Both the position numbers and the translations under genes were made by a program. The notes beneath the pieces are model-generated. The model was not told where the DNA came from. It searched no databases and worked only from the letters and a program-made list of their open reading frames with translations. A stretch of DNA of 64,000 bases from an uncultured delta proteobacterium (GTDB lineage Bacteria > Myxococcota_A > Polyangia > Fen-1088): assembly GCA_963737265.1 (NCBI GenBank), contig CAVTRY010000011.1, positions 704,001 through 768,000 of the forward strand, in the 5' to 3' direction. Of this stretch, positions 40,651 through 48,488 are shown piece after piece (position 1 is the stretch's first letter; every line of letters starts with the position of its first letter).

Positions 40651-41271
40651 TTATGAGTTCTCGAGGACCACGCCCTCGATGATGTTTGCGACGTCCTCGC
40701 AGCGATCGGTGGCGGTTTCCAGCAACTCGAAGATCTCCTTCCACTTGATGACTTGGATGGGATCCTTCTCTTCCTTGAATAGCTTGGCGATGGCGCCGCG
40801 CAACTGAACGTCGGCTTCATTTTCCAGGCGATTGATTTCGACGCACTTCTCGAGGATCAGCTCGGGATGCTTCAGATTTCGCATGCCCGTCACCGCTTCG
40901 AATACGCGCTCGGAACCCGACAGCAGCACGCGCGCCAGATCCCAGAGCTCCTTGTTGTGGCCGTTCACCTCGTACAGCGCCACACGCTGGGCGGCCGCCT
41001 CGACGAAATCCATCACGTCGTCCATTTTCGAAATCAGACGAAAAATGTCGTTCCGGTCGATGGGCGTAATGAAGACCTTGTGCAGCCGCTCGACCACGTG
41101 GTGGGTGATGTGGTCGCATTCGCTTTCGATGGCCTTGATCCTTGGGCAAGCCTCGGTGCTCGGAACCTTGCCCTGGGCCATGTCGACAAAGGCGCGGCAT
41201 CCCTCGACGGTTTTTTGGGCATGCTTTTCGAAATCGTCGAAGAAAGATTCTTCCCTGGGCAGAAGGCGCAT
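40651..41271 (-). CDS. DUF47 / PhoU-like phosphate transport regulator
   Basis: E.ECD..H, FITPIDRNDI, MDDVMD, LENEAD, IKWKEI.E.LETATDRCEDVANIIEGVVLEN. Directly upstream of the Pit gene. Confidence 0.93.
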   Translation of the reverse strand: MRLLPREESFFDDFEKHAQKTVEGCRAFVDMAQGKVPSTEACPRIKAIESECDHITHHVVERLHKVFITPIDRNDIFRLISKMDDVMDFVEAAAQRVALYEVNGHNKELWDLARVLLSGSERVFEAVTGMRNLKHPELILEKCVEINRLENEADVQLRGAIAKLFKEEKDPIQVIKWKEIFELLETATDRCEDVANIIEGVVLENS

Positions 41272-41349
41272 CTTGCCGGCTGTATCGCCGAAGCAGCCCT
41301 GCCTGTCAATGCCAGAAGCCTAGGCCTGATTCCCCGACAGCCACAGAGA

Positions 41350-41434
41350 GTCGTGGACGTAGACGCGGTCGTGGCCGTGGCCGGAGTGCTCGGTCGGCCA
41401 CGGCCACGGCGACGACCAGGACCACGTCCACGAC
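41350..41434. repeat. inverted hexamer-repeat hairpin (GTGGMC-type)
   Basis: Inner 14-bp perfect stem CGTGGCCGTGGCCG (41370-41383) / CGGCCACGGCCACG (41395-41408). Outer arms GTCGTGGACGT / ACGTCCACGAC. Confidence 0.75.
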
Positions 41435-41636
41435 CACCACCCATCGCTCCAGCTGGGTGGCACGTCCATCCTGGAAAGGCGCCGTTTTCTGCCGCCTTCC
41501 GCCACGTCGCTGCGCTTGTCGCGGGATTGCGACAAGCGAGAACGGCGCTGCCGCCCAGCCCAGCTTGAACCGCGAACCTGCCTGCGCGAGCGCGCGAGCT
41601 CATCACGGCCGAGGCCGTACGTGGCATAGTCCGGTC

Positions 41637-43343
41637 GTGACCGAAAACAAGACAACGGAACCGCCGACAAACCTGATCGCCCTCTCCGATTACCGCGCGC
41701 AACTCGTGCGCGGCCAGCGCACCCGCCGCACTGAAGCGCTCTTCGATGCCGACGATCCCGAGGCCGCGATTCGCGCCCTGCCCCCCGACGAGTTCTTCTA
41801 TGTGATCCACGAACTGGGATTTCCCGAGGCGATGGACATTCTCGTGCATGGCACGGCCGAACAGATACAAACCGTGCTGGACTTCACCCTCTGGGACAAC
41901 GACCGCATTTCCCTCGAAAAAGCGGACGACTGGCTGGGAGCGTTGGTCGAGGCGCCACCCGAAGCGCTGGGCAAGTGGGCCGAGGGCATGGATGTCGAGC
42001 TGCTCGCCCTGCTCATTCGCCTGCGTGCCCGCATTTACGACCTTTCCCTGGAAGAAGAACCGGACGAACCCGAAGGCGTGTTGTGGAACTCGCCGGACCG
42101 GCTCTTCGTCCTGGAATTCTTGGGCGAGCCCGAACGGGCGCGAGTCACGCAGCACCTGGTGGACAGCCTGTATCGCTACTCGCCGGTCTTGATGCGCCGT
42201 CTGCTGATCGGGATGCGATCGGAATTCGACGCCGAGTTGGAGGAGACCGCGTACCGCTGGCGCTCCGGCCGCATGGAAGACCTGGGCTTCGTTGACTTCT
42301 ACGAGGCTCTTGAGGTGTACCGCGAGCTCGATCCCGCGTCGGTGCGCAGCGACGGAAAGCCTGCGCCCAGCCTGCGCCCGCGCGGGGAGACGGCCGATGA
42401 GACCTATTCGCGCCTGCCCATAGCGATGGTCGAGCGCATGGCGGGCAAGACGCCCTTTGCCCGTGCCGTGGCCGGTCTCACCGGCCGCGAGACCGCGGCG
42501 GAAATCCACTTCGCCCTGGTCGCCCTGTGCAATCGTGCCCTGTCAGCCGACCGCATTACGCCGAGCGATGACGAAGCGATTCAAGCGGTGCTTGAGCGGG
42601 TGTCCGCCAACCTCGACTTGGCGATCGAGTTTTTGGCCCGCGGCGATGCGGAGCAAGAGGTGGCTGCGGTACGCAACGTGCCGCTGGTGAGGCTCCACCG
42701 CTTGGGGGTCAGCCTGGTGGGCAAGCTGCGGCGCTTGGCCTTGGCCCTTTTACGCGGCAATCCCTTCGCGGTCCTGCGGCCAGCCGTGGATATCTTCGAG
42801 AGCGAAGATGGCGAAGCGCTGGCCAGCATGACCCGGCTTCGCCCGCGCTTTCCGCGCATGTTGGAGACGCCCGCCGCACCCGGCGAGCGCCCGTTCTTGA
42901 CCCTGGCCGATATCGCAACCGCCACGCGTGCGGTGGAGCGAGCCGCCGCCACCATCGAGCTGGTCACCGGGCTCGGCGTGCGCCCGCACCACATCTCGCC
43001 GGAGGCGCTTGCGCGAATTGCGGCTTTCGCCGAGAAGCCCAAGGCCATGGTCGACCCGGCTGCGATCGACACGGGCGTTGTCGCTCGCACGGTACTGGTG
43101 CTGCACCTCTTGGGCGAGAAAACAGTACCCGTCACCGCGCTCTCCCAGACAGCCCTCGAAAAGTTCAAACAGGGGTTCAACCGTGGCTCTCACCTGTCAG
43201 AAGAAAGCCTCGTCCAAGTCCTCGAAATTCTCGGCTCCGCGTGCCGATCGGGTCGGCTCGAAGGCGCCACGCGAGAGATCGCTCAGCGCTGGATTGCCTC
43301 GCTCTGCCCACTCGGGCCGGTATTGGGAGCGGGCCCGCTCTAG
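41637..43343 (+). CDS. DUF6178-like conserved protein
   Basis: IRALPPDEFFYVIHELGFPEAMDILVHGTAEQIQTVLDFTLW and ELEETAYRWRSGRMEDLGFVDFYEAL resemble this deltaproteobacterial family. The GTG start is inferred. Confidence 0.75.
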   Translation: MTENKTTEPPTNLIALSDYRAQLVRGQRTRRTEALFDADDPEAAIRALPPDEFFYVIHELGFPEAMDILVHGTAEQIQTVLDFTLWDNDRISLEKADDWLGALVEAPPEALGKWAEGMDVELLALLIRLRARIYDLSLEEEPDEPEGVLWNSPDRLFVLEFLGEPERARVTQHLVDSLYRYSPVLMRRLLIGMRSEFDAELEETAYRWRSGRMEDLGFVDFYEALEVYRELDPASVRSDGKPAPSLRPRGETADETYSRLPIAMVERMAGKTPFARAVAGLTGRETAAEIHFALVALCNRALSADRITPSDDEAIQAVLERVSANLDLAIEFLARGDAEQEVAAVRNVPLVRLHRLGVSLVGKLRRLALALLRGNPFAVLRPAVDIFESEDGEALASMTRLRPRFPRMLETPAAPGERPFLTLADIATATRAVERAAATIELVTGLGVRPHHISPEALARIAAFAEKPKAMVDPAAIDTGVVARTVLVLHLLGEKTVPVTALSQTALEKFKQGFNRGSHLSEESLVQVLEILGSACRSGRLEGATREIAQRWIASLCPLGPVLGAGPL

Positions 43344-43518
43344 CGTCCTTGCCGCACGTCGTGGGCGCCCCGGCGGGATCCCCCGCGCGAGCACCTTGAC
43401 ATTTCCCCCGTTCCCGCTGTACCTGGAAGCCCTTCCAAGCCTTTCTAGAAACCGCAATTTTCGGGAATAAGGCGCCGCAGTCATCTGTTAATGCGCCGGC
43501 CAAACCAGCGAGGTAGCG

Positions 43519-44481
43519 ATGTCCGATGTGATGATCAAGGTCGACAACCTGACTAAGAAGTACGGTCTAACCCGCGCCGTGGACGCGGTGACGTTTAGCG
43601 TCCACCAGGGCGAAGTTCTGGGCTTCCTGGGACCCAACGGCGCGGGCAAATCCACCACCATGAAGATCCTCACCTGCTTCCTGGCGCCCACGTCGGGCAG
43701 CGCCCAGGTGGCGGGCTTCGATGCCTTCGACCAATCGCTGGAGGTGCGGCGGCACGTTGGCTATTTGCCCGAAGACACGCCTCTATACAAGGATATGAGC
43801 GTGCTTGAACACCTGGAGTTCGCGGCCAACATGCACGGCATGTCGGGCGCTGTCGTTCACCAGCGCATCAAGGAAATCGGCGGCCGTTGCGGCTTGTCCG
43901 ACGTGGCTGGCAAGCTCGTCGGCGAGTTATCCAAGGGCTACCGACAACGCGTGGGCCTGGCGCAGGCCATGTTGCACGACCCGGACATCCTGATTCTCGA
44001 CGAACCGACGAGCGGCCTCGACCCCAACCAGATCGCCGAGATACGCACCCTCATCAAGGAGGTCGGCAAGGAAAAGACCGTCATCCTGTCGACCCACATC
44101 CTCCCCGAGGTCCAGGCCACGTGCAGCCGCATGCTCATCATCAGCGGCGGCAAACTGGTGGCGGACGGAACGCCGGACGAATTGCGTGCCCGCGAGAAGG
44201 CCACGCGCTACCGACTGGTCGTCGAGGCCAACGGCGCCGCCGCCGAAGCCGTCAAGGAGAAGGTCGCCACACTCGCAGGTGTTACTCAGTGCCTAAAGAT
44301 AGCCGGCGAAGACGGCGCCCATACCTTTGCCATCGACGGGGCGGCCAAGAGCGACTTGCGCAAGCCACTCTATCGCGTCGCGGTTGACAACCATTGGACG
44401 CTGCTCGAGCTGACCCGAGAAGCGGCCAGCCTCGAAGACGTCTTCCGCAACCTCACCACCGGGGAAGAGAGCCGATCATGA
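43519..44481 (+). CDS. ABC-2 transporter ATP-binding protein (GldA-like)
   Basis: GFLGPNGAGKSTT, LSKGYRQRVGLAQA, ILDEPTSGLDPNQ, STHIL. Confidence 0.95.
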   Translation: MSDVMIKVDNLTKKYGLTRAVDAVTFSVHQGEVLGFLGPNGAGKSTTMKILTCFLAPTSGSAQVAGFDAFDQSLEVRRHVGYLPEDTPLYKDMSVLEHLEFAANMHGMSGAVVHQRIKEIGGRCGLSDVAGKLVGELSKGYRQRVGLAQAMLHDPDILILDEPTSGLDPNQIAEIRTLIKEVGKEKTVILSTHILPEVQATCSRMLIISGGKLVADGTPDELRAREKATRYRLVVEANGAAAEAVKEKVATLAGVTQCLKIAGEDGAHTFAIDGAAKSDLRKPLYRVAVDNHWTLLELTREAASLEDVFRNLTTGEESRS

Positions 44482-45188
44482 GCACGACCGTTACCATCGC
44501 GAAGCGCGAAATCAAGACCTACTTCAATTCGCCCGTGGCCTACATCGTGGTCACGGTCTTCATGCTCATCGTCGGCTATCTCTTCTTCAGTCAGCTCTTT
44601 CTCGACAAGCAGGCCGAGCTGCGCACCTACTTCAACCTGACGCCGCTGGTGTTCACCTTCATCATTCCGGCCATCACCATGCGCCTCCTCGCCGAGGAAA
44701 AAGGCAGCGGCACCTTGGAGATGCTCATCACCATGCCGGTGCGCGACTGGGAAGTCATCTTGGGCAAATTCCTCGCCGGCATGGGCATGCTGGCGGCGAT
44801 TGTTGGAATGACGTTCTTCTACGCCATCACCCTGGCGATGCTGGGTCCGGTGGACAGGGGACCGGTGATTGCCGGCTATTTGGGACTCCTCCTCATGGGC
44901 GCTTCCTACGTGGCCATCGGGGTCATGGCTTCGTCCTTCACGCGCAATCAGATCGTGGCGTTCATCCTGGCCTTCGCCATTTCGTTCGCGCTGTTCATCT
45001 TCGGCCAGATCACGCAGCTGGCGCCTGAATGGCTGGCCCCGATCATTTCCTTCCTCAGCATGGGGAAGCACTTCGAGCCTCTCAGCCGCGGCATCATCGA
45101 TTCCCGCGACGTCGTCTACTACCTGTCCGTGACAGTGGTCTGCCTGGTCATTGCCACGGTCTCCCTCGAATCCCGCAAGTGGAAGTAA
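44478..45188 (+). CDS. ABC-2 transporter permease (GldF-like)
   Basis: YFNSPVAY, PAITMRLLAEEKGSGTLEML, LGKF, TRNQIVAF, RGIIDSRDVVYY. Confidence 0.93.
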   Translation: MSTTVTIAKREIKTYFNSPVAYIVVTVFMLIVGYLFFSQLFLDKQAELRTYFNLTPLVFTFIIPAITMRLLAEEKGSGTLEMLITMPVRDWEVILGKFLAGMGMLAAIVGMTFFYAITLAMLGPVDRGPVIAGYLGLLLMGASYVAIGVMASSFTRNQIVAFILAFAISFALFIFGQITQLAPEWLAPIISFLSMGKHFEPLSRGIIDSRDVVYYLSVTVVCLVIATVSLESRKWK

Positions 45189-45205
45189 CCCAAAGGGAGC
45201 CATCC

Positions 45206-46840
45206 ATGTCGACTGTTTCAAGCAAGAAGAGAAGCAACGCCTCCAACGCGGTCCTCTACGCCCTGTTCATCGCCGGCGCGATCGTTCTCGTCAACTTGAT
45301 CGGAACGCGCCTCTTTGGGCGCCTGGACCTGACCGAGAAGAGCATCTTCACCCTGTCGCAGCCATCGAAGGATCTGGTGAAGACCCTGCCCGATTACCTT
45401 TCGGTCAAGGCCTACATCTCGAAGGATCTGCCGGTCGAAATCAAGCGACTTGCCGTCGACGTGCGCGACAAGTTGGATGATTACAAGTCGAGCTCGAATG
45501 GCAAGTTCCGCTGGGAAGCCCTCGACCCCGGCTCGGACAAGAAGATGGAGGAGGATGCCTCCCGCTGCAAGGTGCAGAAGGTCCAGGTCCAAAAGGTGAG
45601 CAATTCGAAGTTCGAGCTCGGCGCCTACTATCTTGGGCTGTGCTTGCAGTACGGCGACAAGAGCGAGGCCATTCCTCAGATCGTCAGCGACTCGGGCCTC
45701 GAGTATCAGCTTTCGTCGCTCATCAAGAAGCTCACGGTGAAGAAGAAGAAGATTGCCTTCACCACCGGCCACGGCGAAAGCGAGCCCACCCAGGGTTTGC
45801 AGGCGCTCAAGGAAGACCTCGAGCAGGAATACGACATCACCACGGTGAATCCATCCTCCGCCCAGATCGCCGCCGATGTGGACGCCTTGATCGTCGCCGG
45901 CCCGCACCAGCCCTTCGATGAAAAGGGCCAGCGCGAAATCGATACCTTCCTGATGAGCGGCCGAGGCGCCGTGATTCTCGCGCCCGGCATGGCCGCGGGT
46001 GGGGGCGGTGGCCGTGGCATGGAAAACATCAAGATGCTGCAAAGCAACGACACCGGACTTGCCAAGTTACTAGAGACCTACGGATTCAAGATTGGTCAGG
46101 ACATCATCATCGATCCGCAATCGGCGGCGCCGGGCGTGATGGAAATTGGCGGTGGTCGCCGTGCGCTCGTAACCCTGCCCTCGTTCGTCGGGGCCGCGAC
46201 CGAAAAGAATCCCGGCCTCTCCATCACCGAAGGCGTTCGGGCGGTGGTCTTTCCCTTTGCAAGCCCGGTCGACCTGGTTGGTCCGTTGGCAGGCGGCAAT
46301 GTCCCCGCGGGTGCGAAGCTCTGGCGCCTGGCCGCCTCGTCGAATGCCAGCTTCAGACACACGGGTTTTGCGCTGCTTGGTCCCGACATGAAGTTCAACA
46401 CCGGCAAGGACACCGGCTCCTACGTCTTCGGCTACGCCTATCAGGGACTCCTGAAAAGCGCCTTCGTGCCCCAGCCGGCAGCCGCGGTTTCAGCAGCGGA
46501 CAAACAACCCCTCGCCGAATCGAAGAAACCGGTGCGGCTCGTGGTCGTCGGCAACTCGGCTTTCGCCAGCGACGATTGGACGCAACTCGCTCGCTTCTTG
46601 CCGGTGTACGGGGCCGGCGCCCAGATGCTCTACAACGCGATTGGATGGACCGTGGAAGACGAAGCGCTGATTCCCCTGCGCTCGAAGACCATGGATAGCC
46701 GTCAAATCGCCAACACGTCCGAGGCCAAGGCCAGCATCGTCCAATGGGCCAACGTTTTGGGTTTGCCCATCGTCTTCTGCCTCTTTGGCGTTGGTCGCTG
46801 GCGCCTACGCAAAATCAACCGCACGACCCAGAAGCTTTAG
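45206..46840 (+). CDS. GldG-family (GIFT domain) ABC auxiliary component
   Basis: N-terminal TM, RLDLTEKSIFTLS, LEYQL, AFTTGHGE, LIVAGP, RLVVVGNS and C-terminal TM. Confidence 0.9.
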   Translation: MSTVSSKKRSNASNAVLYALFIAGAIVLVNLIGTRLFGRLDLTEKSIFTLSQPSKDLVKTLPDYLSVKAYISKDLPVEIKRLAVDVRDKLDDYKSSSNGKFRWEALDPGSDKKMEEDASRCKVQKVQVQKVSNSKFELGAYYLGLCLQYGDKSEAIPQIVSDSGLEYQLSSLIKKLTVKKKKIAFTTGHGESEPTQGLQALKEDLEQEYDITTVNPSSAQIAADVDALIVAGPHQPFDEKGQREIDTFLMSGRGAVILAPGMAAGGGGGRGMENIKMLQSNDTGLAKLLETYGFKIGQDIIIDPQSAAPGVMEIGGGRRALVTLPSFVGAATEKNPGLSITEGVRAVVFPFASPVDLVGPLAGGNVPAGAKLWRLAASSNASFRHTGFALLGPDMKFNTGKDTGSYVFGYAYQGLLKSAFVPQPAAAVSAADKQPLAESKKPVRLVVVGNSAFASDDWTQLARFLPVYGAGAQMLYNAIGWTVEDEALIPLRSKTMDSRQIANTSEAKASIVQWANVLGLPIVFCLFGVGRWRLRKINRTTQKL

Positions 46841-46856
46841 CCACCCGAGGTAGACA

Positions 46857-48212
46857 ATGAATCGGAAGACCCTGATTGCTGGCCTCATCTTTGCCGGTCT
46901 CATTCTCGCAGCCGTCCTGCTCCTGCGCTCGCCCGAAAAGGGCACCCGCTCCGTCGGGGAAGCACCCCGCCCGATCGCCAAGCTCACGGCCGACAGCTTC
47001 GACACGCTCGATGTGACCAAGAACAAAGTCACCACGACCCTCAAGAAGGAGGGCGATGCCTACAGGATCGTCAAGCCGGTTGTGTATGCCGCGGACAAAG
47101 AGTCGGCCAAGACGGCCTTCGATACGATCGCCAAGATGGATTTCGACAACATCATTTCCGACCAAAAGGCTCGCCACACGGAATTCGAATTGGGCGACGA
47201 CGGCCTGCGTGTCACGGTTAAGAAAGGCGACAAGGTCCTGGCCGATTTTCGCCTCGGCAAGTCAGCTAACCAGTTCACCATGTTGCGCGTCGAGGGCAAG
47301 GACGAGGTGTGGGCGGCCACCAACATCCTCAAGTACCAGCTTGATAAGACCACCACCGACTGGCGCGACAAGACCATCACCAATTTCGACGAGAAAGAGG
47401 CCGAAAAGCTCCAGGTTTCCGGCAAGGATGGCGCGAAGATCGTGCTGACCAAACCGGCCCCGACCGACGCCGGGGCGGCCAATACCGATTGGCAAGTCGT
47501 TGAATCGACGGTGAAGGTCGAACCCTTCGACAAGAGCGTCGCCAGCGGAATGGCTTCCCAGCTCGCGTCCTGGAAGACGAACGAGTTCGCCGACAGCGCC
47601 AAGCCCGAGGAAACCGGTCTCGCTTCGCCGGAGCTCACGGTGACCGTGGGGCTGCGCAACGGCAAGCAGCAGACGGTGCTGGTGGGCAAGAAGAAGGGCG
47701 ACGACGACTACTATGTGAAGGTGGCGGACGGCCCGCAAATCTTCCTGGTCAAGAAGTACAACATCGACCGGGTCAATAAGCGTCCCATCGAATTCCGGGA
47801 CAAGACCTTGTGCAATCTCAAGAGCGACGAGGTCACCGAGATCGCGGTGACGCGAGAGAAGGACTCCTACACCTTGGCCAAGCAGGGCACTGCCTGGAAG
47901 CTGACCAAGCCCGCCGGCATCACGCTCGATGATTCCAAGGTATCGAACATCACCAGCGCCTTCTCCGACCTCAAGGGCCAGAGCTTCGCCGAAGACAGCT
48001 CGCCCAAGGTGACGGGCCTGGCGAAGCCCACGGCCAGCATCGCGGTGAAATCGAGCGTGAAGGGGCATACCTGCCAACTCAAGGTCGGCAGCGAGACCAG
48101 CGACAAGAGCAGCTACGACGTGCAGGCAGTCGGTCAGCCCTACGTCTCCTTGGTGACCAAGTGGGCCATCGACCGCGTCCTGGTCAAGCTCGACGACTTG
48201 AAAAAGAAGTAG
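46857..48212 (+). CDS. DUF4340-domain protein
   Basis: N-terminal anchor and three repeated modules (W..VKP..AD, GL..P, DWRDK/EFRDK). Usual partner of GldAFG-like ABC systems. Confidence 0.85.
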   Translation: MNRKTLIAGLIFAGLILAAVLLLRSPEKGTRSVGEAPRPIAKLTADSFDTLDVTKNKVTTTLKKEGDAYRIVKPVVYAADKESAKTAFDTIAKMDFDNIISDQKARHTEFELGDDGLRVTVKKGDKVLADFRLGKSANQFTMLRVEGKDEVWAATNILKYQLDKTTTDWRDKTITNFDEKEAEKLQVSGKDGAKIVLTKPAPTDAGAANTDWQVVESTVKVEPFDKSVASGMASQLASWKTNEFADSAKPEETGLASPELTVTVGLRNGKQQTVLVGKKKGDDDYYVKVADGPQIFLVKKYNIDRVNKRPIEFRDKTLCNLKSDEVTEIAVTREKDSYTLAKQGTAWKLTKPAGITLDDSKVSNITSAFSDLKGQSFAEDSSPKVTGLAKPTASIAVKSSVKGHTCQLKVGSETSDKSSYDVQAVGQPYVSLVTKWAIDRVLVKLDDLKKK

Positions 48213-48218
48213 AACGGC

Positions 48219-48473
48219 GCTACGGGCTACTGGCCACAGGCTGCACAGGCTACGGGCTACAGGCTACAGGCTACAGGCTAGCTAACTAGAGGGCTAAAGG
48301 CTACAGGTCATAGTGGTGCAGGCTGATCGGTCTGGCGGCCTGGCGCATCGGTTGGGCACGATGATCGCAGGTCTCGACCAGAGAGCCTGGAGACTGACGC
48401 CCGAAACTGACGACACCTGGAGCCTAGAGCCTGCCGCCTGGAGCCTGCAGGGGCAGCCTGACGCCCGAAACTG
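48219..48473. repeat. heptamer arrays in inverted orientation (GCTACAG-type left arm; AGCCTGN-type right arm)
   Basis: About 10 GCTACRG-like units at 48219-48308 and AGCCTGG/AGCCTAG/AGCCTGC units at 48384-48460. The 16-mer CTGACGCCCGAAACTG occurs twice (about 48394 and 48458). Confidence 0.8.
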
Positions 48474-48488
48474 GCGCCTTGCCAAGCA

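Noticed and set aside
48219-48473. CRISPR array
   Set aside because: Units are 7 nt in tandem with no unique spacers, and there are no cas genes.
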